A model generated the notes under the pieces. The model was given only the letters and a program-made list of their open reading frames with translations, did not search any database and was not told the origin of the DNA. DNA of 64,000 nt from Tubulanus polymorphus (lineage: Eukaryota > Animalia > Nemertea). Position 1 is the first letter of the stretch, and each line of letters begins with the position of its first letter. Below, piece after piece: positions 27,201-42,200 of the stretch. The DNA lies in NCBI RefSeq assembly GCF_964204645.1, contig NC_134026.1, positions 29,608,150-29,672,149 on the forward strand, in the 5' to 3' direction. A program made the position numbers and the translations under genes.

Positions 27201-30200
27201 AGCATCAATGTACCACTTTTATCTAACTTGCATTTTCCCCCGACTATTCCCTCTGACATGCACATTGCTTTCCCAGACTTGATCTGCTATGAATCCAATC
27301 AATTTACACAGTCAAATTCGAAAGATGTAGATGGAAACTGATTGATTTTACTGTTTGAACTGCTTTTTCAAAAGATTTCCCCTGATTTCTAGCCCCTGAC
27401 TTGTTTAAAGAAAAGAAATTTCCAGGTTAGTGGCCACCATTAAATTGATTAGTTGAATGAACCTACGCAGCATCAGTGGAAGCCAGACAACTTTCTCTTT
27501 CTTCAATATCGGAGTGAGTAGGAGAGCCAGCGTCGTACGAGGTCAAACGTCGGAATTCAGACCGACGACGATTCGACGCGTTATCTACATTACTCGTATG
27601 TAACGTTAAACAGAATATATCGAGAGTCACTTGAGAATTGGACAGATCCAGATCGGAACCGAGACTCGCTACACATTCATCTAACTCAGCTAAAATGACA
27701 TCAACATTTCGAAATTTCAATATTTCGCCAAAAATAACACTGAAATGGTAAATCAATATAGTAAATAGAACTTACATAAACAACAAGGAATAGTTTTGAC
27801 GGACTGACTAGCCAATACACCAGTCTTATTACAGTAAGACACCGAACATGTCATATGTATAAACAATGGCGGAAGTTCATCTTCTTCTTCATTACTGAAC
27901 GAAGATTCCATATTGTCTAATATCGAACCCATGCTCTCAGTATCGAGGTTCGATTTTACTGAATCTTTATCGCTGGCTTTCACGTCGTCCAACTCGAGAT
28001 CAGAGACGAAATAATCACTTTCTTCCGTCGTTATTCCCTTACAATCTCCGGTAGTGTTACCCGCATCATCACAAACTCTGCTTTCACTCTCTTCCTGCAA
28101 CTAAAAATTAAATCTCTATCAATTATCAGGTATCTACTAATTGAATATGTTCATCCCTTTATACTCACGCAAACATCTTGCTGATAATTAGGCGGGCAGT
28201 AGAAGAAATAATCCTGATATCCCGGAATCGATTTGAAGGATTTTCGCAAAATTGCATCGAACTTAGACTTGATGGCGACGTGAATTCCTTTCTTAGCTTC
28301 ACACGCAGCAGTATCTGTTTGTAATGAACTTAGTGGAAAGCTGATTGCTTGGTGTCCAACGTTAGACGATGGATCTCTCTGGTCAATACTTGTATCACTA
28401 AACATATCAAAAATACTCAAATAAATCTCTGGCACACATTTAACTAATTAAAAGCTTTGATGAACAAATTGGTTTTGAGATAAGATTTAAAACATCAACT
28501 GATAGAGTTGATTCGGTTGGACTGAATTATTCCAGAGCACTCCGGCAGAGTATACTCCTCTATGCCTGACTGAAGATGAAACTGAAGATGGCATTTGATT
28601 TTGAGGGTCTGCATATTTAGGATCAAATTATTACCTCATGCTTGATTTAGAATCATCGTCTAGCGGTAATTTCTGTAAAGTAACCAAATATTCCTCTTTC
28701 ATCATAGCGTCTAATCGTGATTTCTCGATCACCGAACGCGTATGACCGCAGACTGTTTGTATGAACTGAGTTACATCAATCTCAAGAGGCGGAGACGATT
28801 CTTCACAAATATTATTGATAGCTGAATCGATATCGTGTGGATCAACTGGTAAACCTAACTGTAAACTTTTAAATACACCTAAAATAGAAACATAACACGA
28901 TCAACATCAGTACACAGTCTTGTATTGCCTGACATGAGACACTGGCATTCTCCTGTTTGTAGAATAGAATAGAATAGAATAGAATAGAAATCTCACAATT
29001 GACGAACTTAGAAAATGAATAAGATACCAACGTATTTCATCAATTGCGGGATTCATTATTGCCTCTTACCGATAACGAAACTCTTGAAGTAAGAATCAGC
29101 GACACAGTTACAGTGCTGTTTCAGATCGAAGCCGCTACTACTCAGCGTATCATCGATCGAACCGCGTTCCGGCGATCGACGCCATCTGTCGTTATTTTCG
29201 TCAGTTTTCGACCGATCGTCCAGGTCGTCGTTAGTTTCGTTGCGAGACTCGTCCGGTTTGAATGTATGATCCTGATATTGATCGTCCGGTAAATCTATGT
29301 TTCCCGCGTTCTCTAAATGTCGCGTTATTCGTCCTAACGACATGTAATAAACGTACACCGGTAGTTTCAATCCTAGTTTAGGTTTACGATCTACGAGATC
29401 ACTGTTTAATCTATCGAAGATTAACGGTGGTACGTTTTTATCAGTTGATGCCACTTTGTCGTCGAGTTCAGTATTTTCTGATTCTTCAGTTTCGCTATCA
29501 ACCTTTTCTTGTCTGATCAGCTTCTCGGGTGATGGTGGAGCGGAGAGAACTTTAGGCGTCGCTTCCCCGTCCTTCAGCTGACTGATATCCAGGCTTCCCA
29601 CGCCGGCAACAGTTTCACCGACCGATTTCAAATCCTCTGTTTTTATTTCATTACTCTCGTAATTCATGAGCGTTTGTAAATCTTGGAAAGTCGACGGTAA
29701 CATTGTTAACATCAACGTCGTTTCCGTCACTAACTTTAAGAAACACGACCATTTCGGAATCGGGTTCGAAATATGAACAGTTTTAGATTGAATGGCGCTG
29801 CTACTAGCTCCCGATTGATGATGATCTTTCTTCGAGTCACTGTCCGAATGATCGCTCATTTGCGTTTTTAATTTCGTCCACATTTGTTCGTTGTTCGACG
29901 TCGAGAATGGCGAAGGTAAACTGTTCATAGAATGAACGGTATCAGTGCTTACTACGCTACACTGACGCTGGGCTAATAAATCCGGAATCGCCGTTTCTAC
30001 CGGTTGTAGAATATTGGCTTCAATAAACGACTCGATACTGGTTGGAACAGTAAATGGTAAATCAGTATCAGTCATCACGCGATCTCTGTCTGATAACGCC
30101 TGCAAGAATTGAGCACATTCTAACTGCGATAGAGGTAACTGTTTATCGTGAGTTTGTTCGAGTTTTTCGAACAGAAGATCGAATAACGTGTTATTCGTCG

Positions 30201-33200
30201 ATGCTTGATCGAGACTGAGGCTGTGATGTCGTTGGCGTGGCGACCGAGGAGATTTCGTCGATCGTCCCGACATTCCTAACAAATCATCTGCCGAGAAAAA
30301 CGAAACATTTATTCAAATATTTCAGTTATATGAGGACTCTTACGTTTGACTGCTGTAATTGAGGATCCACCAAGTTTGCAAGACAAAGATGCTTTACAAG
30401 GATTTCTTCTCAGATTCAATTCAAATCTATTGATAATTTCATAAATTCTATGGATGATGAATAAAAATTGCTCCAGATATGAACCCTAAGGATCAATACG
30501 AGTTTATCAAGACACATGATCTGCCTAATTTCTAATGTCGAGGGTCCTCATTGACTTCACCGATCCTCCAACCCTCGGTATCGGGAGACTCTGCCACAGC
30601 ACACATCAATGCCATCAGGTTCAAATCCTTGCCGAGGGAGGATGTGACTACACATTTCAAACATGAAAACAATTTATTCAAATACCTTGTATGAATGTGG
30701 AGAAAAGCATCTCAACTTGTTGACTTTTCTGAATGATTGACATCAGATCGAATGTAAACGGAATATTAGTGATGGATATATCGTGTTGTTGAGAGAGTTG
30801 AGAATCTGATAATTGTGACATCGTTTTAGATCCGGGGGCCGATGGTGATATAGGTGACCTACAATCATTCCGTTAACAAATCGTAATTCTCGAAAAAAAA
30901 TCGACTTGTCTGAGATTTTGCTCGTAATACAAACCTATGAATAGTCGGTGATTCGATGCTAGGTATTTGACACATCGATGAAAGATGTTCAAATGTAACC
31001 ATATTTGATACGCATTCATAATCAACGGGGAATAACTGAAAATATAGACGGATTGGATTACAATAAGGATCCAAAGAGAATTCTAAAAAAACAAATCAAA
31101 AGGGACAGAATGAATCTTGTAGCTAAATAATTCAATAGTAAGACGTGGTTTGGTAATCTTGATGGAACACTTCGAGTCCGGGTTGAAACGATAATACGGT
31201 AAAAAGAAACCTTTCGCACTCATTTTTCTATTTGATTGTGGAATATTTACTGTATTGTGTGTTTTGGTAACACGTTTATTCTTGTGATTCATTAATCAGT
31301 TTGCATTTAGCGTCAAGGCTCGATTGATACAATCCTAGAGAGTATATTGTCAGTGGGAGAGAAGTTCCTCCGTTGTCAGTATCCCACCGTGTCGAAGTTT
31401 GGTGGAATCCTAGATTGTTTTTTTTTTTTTAATTTTGGATTTCTAATCAGGAAAACATAGGAGAGAATGAAATCAATCATCTTTTGATGGTGAAATCAGA
31501 AATTTCTTGTATCCTGTCAAGATAGTTTCGTTTCAATTATCGGTATCCCAACAAAAAATATAAATACCCTTGGGATACTAGGATACTGCCAAAATAGAGT
31601 GATTAGATCGCATTTGAGTGACCTTGGCTCATTATAAGCATTGGATATCTAGTCGTTAGCTTCAACCAGTTGGTAGAGCTGATATCTGGGGCTCAACCCT
31701 GGAAAGGCAGAGCGCAATCTATATTGCTGAAACGCCAAGCATATCAATTGTTCATACTTCATTTTGTCTTAGTTTTGTACATGTATCCAGAATTGTGAGG
31801 ATTGCTGGGGGTAAATTTATTCTCATATCAGACAGTTATTCACTGGGGGGGGGGGGGGGGGTAGTGGAAGGGTGGGATTTTTTCTTTTCTTTTTTTTTTC
31901 ATTTTTTACGACGTTTTGACACAAACGCACTGATTGCCATTTCGCATTTCCTTACAGCTCCTCAGATTCACTCACAACAGCTTTCATTTTATTCAACATA
32001 AATACTAATATATATGATCTATATCATTAATCTTACTACTACGAATATATTCAATTTTAGAAACCTATCAATGAACATATTTTGATTAAAGTATTTCCTA
32101 GCTGTGATAGATACCAGTAGATGAACTAGAATCCTTGCTGCTGCTGTTGTTGTTTAGACACATCCAAAGCAGTTGGAGGAGTTGAATCTCACCCAACACT
32201 AAATATATGATGAGATAAAACTCTCTCCACTGCTCTGATCTGTGCATTATTCTCTCATTCACAACCAATCATAAATATTGTCTCCACAAAATACGCATTT
32301 CTCTTTTTGTTGAGTATTCTATACTTTCAATCTTAAAATCGGCAAAATCTCTCGTGAAATACGTAACATGCTAGCTATAGCAACCATATAAGGTATGTAG
32401 ATTCCATGCTTATTGCATATAATATCAACTAAACTACATGCATCTGTCTCAATTCACATTCGATATCTCCAACCAATCACAGCCCTTTATACGTTAGTCA
32501 CGTCTTATCAGTTTACGAGCGGTATGATAATTTAAAATCCGACTTGAAAATCTGATTCGCTAGTTTAAAAATTTCCAGGCGGTGCCCGAAAATATACGTT
32601 GTTCAAACGTGACTAATAACGACGAACGAAAAGGAAGTATATTTACTCGTATAGGGACGGCAGATATACTGAGAGTGTAAGAGAAGGAAGCTGATAAGAA
32701 AAACAAATATTTAAACAATTTGTTCATATATCAAACATAGTCATAATTCTGTCTATAAATCCAGATACAGACTTGTCCATTGTTCACAATTCCCACCATT
32801 TTAAACCATTACTGATAACTTAAGCTGGATGATAAAAGCAGAGTTTGGTTAATAAGAAAATGCCTAAAATAATCAGTTTCTAAAATGATATTATTAGATT
32901 TGAGCTATCTTCTCTATCTATTCCTAGGTAAAACCATAAAATCTTTATCCTTTTAAACTAGGTACAGATGAATACTAAAGCTAAATGGAGCTATATCAAC
33001 TATCTAATCACATACACAGTTACCTGATGTCATTTCACACGATAGAATGCGATCTACGAGAACACTCAAGTCATCAAATCATTCATCTAAATCCTAAATT
33101 GACTATTTTCCAGAGAAAAGAATCCTTCAGAATATTCGCAATAATCCTAGTGCTGTTAGTTCGAACCGATATAAGCTGGAAGAGTTAGATCTGGCAATAT

Positions 33201-36200
33201 CAAATACAAGTATGCCAAAGACCCAATCCTCCAACTTACACAGATTCAATACACCAAATACTCAACTATCCTTCAATTGTAGCCATCTCTTATTTGAGAA
33301 TTAAACAGAAACTAAACTAAGAATTATGAATAAAGAAGATGCGATTATCAATTATCAATATGTCAAAGCTAAATCTAATAAACCTTGAAGAAATGTTTCT
33401 ATAAGAGATTCAAAAATTTTGAAATTGTCTTATGCCGAGTAAGCGAATCTAAAGTAACCTAACCAGAAACTACCTGACAGATTAAAACCCTGAGAGAGCT
33501 GTAAGAGCGAATAGATCCTTGGTGTCCAAGTGTAGAATGAATATCTACGCGTATCTACCGTCTTTTATACCTAGAACCCTAAGAAAATCGGTCAGCAACG
33601 TGCTTATTACAAAAGAGGAGAAAGGTGAGTAAAACAACAGTAAATAATCTTCACACGATCTGAAAAACTCTGTAAATCTCACACCTGATAACTTTAAATA
33701 CGCGATCATAACAATCAATAAGTAATTACCTATCATTAATTAGTTGTATTTAATTAGACATTAATTACTGCGCCTAGCTGACACCCCTAAAGTTCCACTT
33801 TTAGTGGAGCATGATTCGCCCAGGCCTATACTTGTAATAAATCTACTATAGTTGACAGTAAGACCGTCGCTTATCTGTTCTTATCAGTGTCGTCTACTTG
33901 TGCAAACTCGAGACCAAGATTTCGGTTCAATAGTACCCAACAATTCTATACAATATTTGCATATAACTAACAAACGCTATGTTTCTAACTGTATCCGATG
34001 AGTGGAGGGAGCAACGTTCATAGATACACGTTTAAAATTAAATCATAGTAACGCAGCTCACATCAAATAAAACAGTCGAATGACATTGGATCAAACTGGA
34101 GCCAATTCAAGGCATTTATAATCAAAAATGTATTTTTTCAACATTCTCACTTTCAATTATTTATCCGTAGTCACCCAGTAGGTGATAAGTTATTTATAGA
34201 TATTGATCTTTGACCTCGGTGATCAGTTTGACGGTATCGCGCATAACATAATGATATTAGATATGACTTGAGATTACCTGCCAAAACAGGATATTACAAA
34301 TTTGATTCCTAGCTCTAAACATTTTAGTCTAAATACATCTTGTTTTTAAATTTTAAATTTGTATATAGCATGAGATTCTAATTGAATCCCATATCTATTT
34401 TCAGTAATACTTATTAAGATGACTGTTTGGATGAATGATAAATGTCATGATGTGGCACTGAAATCTATTATATCTACGCTGAATAGAATTAGTTTGAGCT
34501 TGGATTAAGATAACATTGACTTAAACTGCCACATTAGAGGAAGGATAAATCTCGGAATTATGTAATAAGTGAATTGAATGTCACAAGAAAATACTGGTAA
34601 CACTAATTTCCGAGGCCCCATTCATTCCTGAAATACCCCAACCCCAGCTACAATATGGTCAACTAAATTACCAAATTTTTGTAGCGATACAGTACATTAA
34701 CATTTTTGTCTGTAAGGGATTCATTGGCAACCAGTCACCAAGCTTGACTGGTCACCACTGCACTCAGCTATTCACCACACTGACCAGACAAACTTTCAAA
34801 CATGAGTTTCAAAGTTGACAATCACTAAAGCCCGGTGGTCTAGTGGTTAGGAGACATGGCTGGAAAGCTGGAGATCCCAGGTTCAAGTCCTGTTATAGTA
34901 TTATTTTGAATTTTTACACGGCGTAAATCTAGATTTGTCTAGAATATGCCATCCTCGTGTCTCGAAATATCCCTCTTTCCAATAGAACTGAACTGTCCTT
35001 AAAAATTCCTGGCAAAGTATTCTTCCTATCACGATGGTTCAAGATGACTGGTTTATTCATTGCGATAGCAACTGCAAAAGTTGCAGTTGAGTTGAACAAA
35101 ATATGAACAAATCTTCATAAGAATCTCAGTAAAAGTGATTTATTTTTGTATTTCTTTCACGAGGATAAAGGTTGACACATGTCCGACAAGAATAACACCA
35201 AAAAGGTCGCAAAATACATGTCTTAAAACATGTTTCCAATATACTACTTCACTAGATATCTGAGTGGGTCAAATAATGATGAAAACTAAAGTAACCCAGC
35301 AAGATTAAAATTCAAGGGCTTTGCAAACAAATTCACCGAACTATTTAGGCTCATATATAAAATGAATATATGTTTCTAAATACACCTGAATGTCATTAGA
35401 TAAATGAGACATACGAAATTAGTGTAAAAGAAGAAATTCAGTGTTTTTCAATTCATGAAATTAAAGCATATTGGCTTTTCGGTAAATCTAAATTAAATAA
35501 ATGTTTATATCTATCTTTGAATGTCATTACATAAATTGTGTTCTTTGCATTCCCTTGTTCTTTGTATCTTTCAACCTTATGTTGTACCAATCGATGAAGA
35601 ATGATTAAAAAATGAATATTCTTATTTATGATTTATGAATGGTTTCAAATCAATGTTCAGTTTAATTGAAAACAAATGCAGTTCTCTTTAAATGTTACCC
35701 ATATCTTTCAGGATAAATTTCGTGTGGCCTAAATGATTTAGATCGTTATGTGCCACCGACTTGCAGGATTTTAAAAGAGAAATTTAGATAGGAATAATCT
35801 TATCACTCATAACACATGAGTAGTGCATGATGATCAAAGTCCTGTCAGGTAGGAGTCACACTGCCACGTAGTCATTGCACACTTTATCAGTTTAACACGG
35901 TCACTATCCATCTGATATTTGCAGTGGTAGATTTCATAATATGTGAATCAGTCTCTTTTAAATATTGAACACGAGATGAAACAAATAACGACATGAAACA
36001 AATAGACAATACAAACAAAACAACATAAAACAGAAAACCTGTAATAACAGTAAAACACATTGTTATAACAAATCTATATACAGGGTTCGTACCATTCGTA
36101 ATCTTTCATATTCGATTAACTTTTCCAGGGCCAAATATCCAAATGTACATAGCTACTTAATGAGGAACTCGCTTAGGCAGAATTGAAAGTTCATGAAATC

Positions 36201-39200
36201 TAATAAAGGTACAGTACTGCAATGAGAATAAATCATCCAGACCACATTTCTAAAATTTCATAGCTTCAAACACAAAACTTAAAATTTCATTAATTTTCCA
36301 AAATTATTAATTACTAATTTCCATAACTTTTCCAGGATCTTCAGGACTAGTACGAACCCTGTAAATAGGGACAGTAACATCTTCATGTTTTATTCACGTG
36401 CTCATTTTCATTGCATATATCATTTAAACATAGACGTTCCCACCTCCCACAACCAAAATAATCTATCATATATTTCTTAAATATCTATTAAGCAGGAGAA
36501 AAGTGAAACCTAGCGGTTGAGCAGGTCGACTAGATATGAATTAGTTCAGAAATACACCACTAAGCGTCACTACCTCCTGATCAATGACAAGCCCCGATCA
36601 CTTACAGCTTTTGGTATCTCCCAATAATGAAGGCCATTAAAGTTGTCCTGTTCAGTGACTGTATCAGTTATAATACCGCACTGAGGTTCAATCCAACATT
36701 CTGTTATTATCTGTAATTGTCCGTCTGCTTCTGTACTCTCCAGTGGTTCATCATCTAATAGTTCATCTTCAGACATACTACAAATATTCAAATCATTCCA
36801 TCTTCTAAGATACGAATTACTGAAGACACTATCCCCCATTTCACAAATTCCATAACACAAAATTCCATGTCTTAGTGGAATTCCAGACATTCCACTAAGT
36901 TTGTCTTAGACTGGTCTTAAGTCTAAGCCCTGTCTATGGAACCGGCCCCAGGTCTGTAGCCACCCTGATCAATTCAGTGTTATGGTACGGAAACCGTCAG
37001 CATCATTTATGAAAAGTTAAGCCAAAATTTCTACCTTTCGCTGCGTACTGTGTTTATAAATGGAGGAAATATGACGTATTGCATGACACATCCTGACATA
37101 TCAGAATCATCAGTTGTTTCATTATTAGATTGAGTATCTGAGCAGCTATCAGCAACATTTGACTTCATTAAACTCGATGAATTCTGAAATTATAATAACA
37201 AACAGTAAGAACAGATGAAATTAATATAATTCTAATTTAAATATCCTATCATTAGACAAACAGAATCTATAAGGTTACGGACACTTACTTTCATTTGAAG
37301 TTCAAGAACCAAATTCACTATACCAGATGCAGCATGGGCGAAATTAAATCCCTCTTGAAGTCGAATTCTGAAATATGAAATGCCTCAAATATTAAAATGG
37401 ATTCTGAGTCAGCAAAAATTATGATAAAGTCGAAACATCGAATAAACTACTAGCTCAAGAAAACACCTCAGACTTTCATTTTTCATTCTTAGAGTCGGAT
37501 TTTCATCTTAACACTTCATATTGAAGTTCGATTTCAAAATCAAACCCCCTGTTTCGCTCCCGGCAGGTGTGGTGGGTCTGTAAGGGACACTCAATCGAAA
37601 AATCAAACAAAATTTACCAGCCAAATAAATAAATAATGGGGACAATCCCTATTTTAAGATAAAAAAAAAACTCTTACTTGGCTAATGTTGAGAGAACTCT
37701 TCCTACAGCTTGCATCGTTATAGATACATGACTAGTATTCTGTATGGACCAGATCCAGCGGTGATGATGATGATATCGACTGAGAGCGGTGAACATACTA
37801 GAAGCCGCTTTCGATTGCGAGTTCTGATGATAATGCGCTCCGTAACTCGGGTAACTCGTTCCACCATCGTCGATAGTCAGGAAACTACGCGGAACTCTTT
37901 CATATCTATTGAGAATAAAACGGGTAAGAATAGCAGTACATCATCCAACTAGAACTAGAGAACACAATAGGTAAGAGAAAAACCCACAAAACTTTATTTC
38001 AACATTTCAACAATTGCTACGAGCCATTTTCAAAACTGATCTATACCCAAAAACAGTATCAACAATAGCAAAGGTTACAATTGTTTGTAATAAAACACTT
38101 TTGAAAACAGCTAGTAGTATATGTAATTGAAACGTTAATAGTTCATAAAACTTAAACTTCTTAGTTTTTATTTTGATTGTGGGGTCTCCGATATACGAAC
38201 ATAGATAGTCACTTGCCTAATGAAAACCATTAGAGAAAACACGCTAGACCTGTTCTTACCTCAGTAACATTTTCTCAACAGGTTTATCAAGTAATATACA
38301 GCAGCATATTTCAGACCAAGCTCGCTGCAGCGGAGGACGTTTTATTTCTCTTGAAACAACAGATCGACGCCGGCCCATCAATGATTTCGTTTTCTCATCT
38401 TTAGTTGGTCCGCGTTGAGGAAAAACTAAGTTACTGATTTTGCTTTTGAGTTCATTCACGATCTACAACAAGAATATAACAGATAATTCAATAATTTCAG
38501 ACGATTTATGTAGAATTTACCTGTCAGAAAAACACGTTACCTCATTACGCTTGTGCCCGGGAGTTCCACCCATGAACGCCAGTCGCAGTACAATACACGG
38601 CGATTTACCCGTCCATCGAATCAGGTAAAACGACTCCGGTTTCTCCGGCTCACTTGAAAAATAAGAAAATTCTTAACTGACATATCGGTCTCACAGAACA
38701 TTTCATACCTAGATATCTCTAGATTAGGGACTGACCTGTACAGAAATTTGATGTATGAATGATTCTCCATGAGGACGAATGTACTCCAATCACGCAGTAG
38801 ATTATTCAAAGCAGTTAATGCCTGTCTACACTGAACACCGTTGTATCTTCCACTAGAGTTCGGTACGTGTAAATACTTGGGTAATGGTAAATCATGTTCT
38901 AATATGATCCCGATACGATGTGTATGCATCCACTTTTGCCTATAATACAAAACCATTTTTAGTTTGGCTCAGTTTCATGTGGAAAATGAAGCGGAATTCA
39001 TTCAAACATTTCATAGATTTAGAAGATTCATTTTTACCAGATATTGATGTCCAACATAACCACAGGTTTCCAATAAGAAGCAAACTGTGACAGCAACGTA
39101 TCCCTACAATTCAGTAGATTCATGATTTTTAGCATCAGCAATTTTTTCCTCGAATTCGTAAATCAATACTTACTTCGAACTTTGCTGTATGGATAGTTGA

Positions 39201-42200
39201 ATATTTGCCGAGTTTGGAGGCAAATAAAATAGAGGCATTCCATTCTTGATACTTTCCGGTACGGAATAGTTTGACGAGTTTAATGGAAATGATTGTAGAT
39301 GCACTAACAGATGATCTGTCTGCGATAACCTAAAAATAACACGGATCAAAACTAAAAACACTCTCTAATTCATATCAAGGATTGATGTTAGGTTCGTTAA
39401 TTACCCTTGTAGATACTGCCAGAATTTCTTGAACACAGCTATTCTATGAGTGCTTTTGATCGGTATTTTACGCGGCCACGTCACGTCATGTAGGAAATCA
39501 TAGCTACCTTCCAACACTATCTCTACGTGCGTGTGCCTTCTGCGAATTGATCAATTCAACACATTTCGTATCTCAATAAGTACAATTGATAAATTTACGC
39601 ACGATTTCACTTTAACATCTGGTCAGGATTATAACTTACTTGCCAGAGGTCAGCGGCCAAGCGGATGAGGCTATGTATTCCACTTTAGCATTGTGTGACC
39701 AAGGCAGCAAAAGATGAACCTCTAATTGTGTTTCATCTGTAAATCAATAGTTGAAAAGATCAATAAAACCAAAACATGATCAATGATGAATGAGGGATCA
39801 CATTTATTATGTCAGGAATTCAGACAATTTTCTTTCATTTTTCACACATTTTCATAATTTTTCAGATTCTTCAATTTTCAGACATATGAACTCATGAATC
39901 TTCACATTTTTGACAAGACAATTTTCTTGAATTTTTTTTTGCAGATTTTTCACATTTTTAGAAAACATTTTTGTAAACAGAATAGTAAATCTCTCACATT
40001 TCCTACGTCAATCTAATTCCTGGCTAGTAAGACTTACTTTTACTGAATATAACATCTTTAATCGTGTATCCCTCGCGTAAACGAACGTACATCAAACTGA
40101 ATATCGACGCTGCATATTTAGCTTCACAATGAGTCTTCCTTAACATCGGCATGTCACAGTTATACGTCTGAATCGGTTTATCTATATCTGGTGACAACTG
40201 CCTCCTAAAATGAAACACACCAAAAAACCTTTTATTCATAATAAACTCATAAAACCGAATCGATGTGGAGTAAAATTATACCTGTTGATGACGGCTAAAT
40301 CTTCGCTGAATTCATCACTTGTATTGTGTTTAAGATTATCAATTTTAAATCCTTCTAATCCTTTCTGAAAGTTCCAAGTGAACAGGGCTCGATGAAACAC
40401 ATTCATTACTTTATCTTCACTTTCAACCTTCAAATAAACAAATATACAACAGATTAAACAGCGAATTCTTCTTTGAAAGAAGAAAGTCAATGAAGTGGAT
40501 AGATGCTGAAAATGTAGGTACCACTGGTCGACTGGACGCGAGGTAAGCTCCAAACGTTGCAGTCGCAATGAACTGCATCAATTCTGTATAGGGTACGTCA
40601 CCGAAACCACAAGACGTCGGATTATTATCACTGATCTGTACGAATGAACAAGCTACAGTCGATCGTCTGAGTTGTGACATTAATCCTTCGAATACCATCG
40701 TATCCGGTACACTTATTCTACCATCGGTGATTACTACTATTCCTACAATAATTACAACAGTAAGATACCAGTTATTTAAGGTTCTGGGCCCAGTTTCACA
40801 AAAAAGTTTAACTCACATTTTTGGTGTAACAGTAATACTGGTAAACCTTAAACTTTTCCATAAAACTGCACCTTGGCCTGTAGTGTGTTAATGATTTAAA
40901 GCATGCTTTAAAAACTCGTTTTCATCAAAGAAATTTAGTTGATATTTGACTTGTGTCTGTTTTATTCAGCATGTAAGGTGCAACTCCATCTTGATTTTCA
41001 AATTCTATGTAAAGCGCTTTAGAGCCTCATAGGAATAATAAGCTTTAAGTTAGTATGATGAGAATGAATGAATATGTGATATAAGTGACAAGGAACCTGC
41101 GCTAGAATTTTCCGGTAACAATTGTAGAGCTAAGATACTGTATCGCAGCATGTTTACGAAGCCTGCATCCGGTGTGATGATCTTAATAGCTTCTTTCGGC
41201 GATTCGGGTCTTTCAATCAGATCATCGAATAAACCTCCAGTAATAATCTGATCGTCCTCATCGTCAAACATCTAGCAAAATATATCATATCAAATCTTCA
41301 GGTTCGCTTAATTATCCGCGGTAACGTGCGGTAGGCATCGAAAAACTTACATCTGGATCATCTCCCGGTAAAACTTCAGCTAGTTTCATAGCGCAACAGT
41401 TCTCAAATCGGTCCAATAGGTGGTGCACGTGTGCTAGAAATTCTTCAACATTGTTGCGGGTCAGAATGTAGCCTTGAACTAACACCTAAATGAGTTTTAT
41501 CAAATTCATAGCAAGAGCTCTACGAAAATAATTGTTGGAATACGAAGACGAGATGTATTAATACAGACCTGATGTATTTTAGGTGAAACTAAAGGAGTAT
41601 AGGCAATCACTGTAACGTATAATAGTGGTTTATATACCATATTACACGCTGGTATACAAAACTAAAAACAAAAATAGATACGTCGATTATTTCTATTGAT
41701 TTAGAATTCTGTTTGAGACTTCAATAAATTCTTACCGATTGCACAATACCGCGTATAACATTCTTTAACGCTTTAAACGCTTGCGATATCAGAACATCCC
41801 CAGACTTTATATCCTAAATGTATAAACATCCATATCATTATATGAAATCTATCAACATCTTAGAATTCCTAAATATGATACAAAATATGAAAAGAAATAT
41901 TTCTCTCAAGTACTTACGACGCATGCCACCGACGGACTCAAATCAAGAGCGAATACAAATCGATATTTTCTAGCGAGAAACGTCACGATGGTCGACGGCG
42001 TCAAACGATATCGATATTTCTTATCATTATTCGGAGTGATTTTGATCGGCTCTTTCGGTAATATCGATAATATACTGAGTTCATCTTTGTGTTCATCCTG
42101 AAAATATTCAAGGAAAATTTTCTAGGCCTCTTCGGTGCGACAAATATACATAACACATCCATAAAACTATAGACAGAGTTAATTATAACTTACAAGAGGT

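Noticed and set aside
31845-31900. G17 homopolymer followed by T-runs, giving a poly-Gly/poly-Phe ORF
   Set aside because: Simple low-complexity intronic sequence; homopolymer length is also error-prone.
32647-32690. AG-GT-bounded 44-nt segment in the long SZT2 intron
   Set aside because: Not a multiple of 3 and no partner exon found to restore the frame; same for the 17-nt segment near 20585-20601 and the 19-nt segment near 25157-25175.
34830-34900. Functional tRNA gene
   Set aside because: A and B boxes are present but the 5' and 3' ends do not form an acceptor stem and the anticodon arm is irregular.
35825-35920. C/D box snoRNA (ATGATGA ... CTGA about 90 nt apart)
   Set aside because: Antisense to the host gene SZT2, weak terminal stem and no rRNA complementarity that I could recognise.
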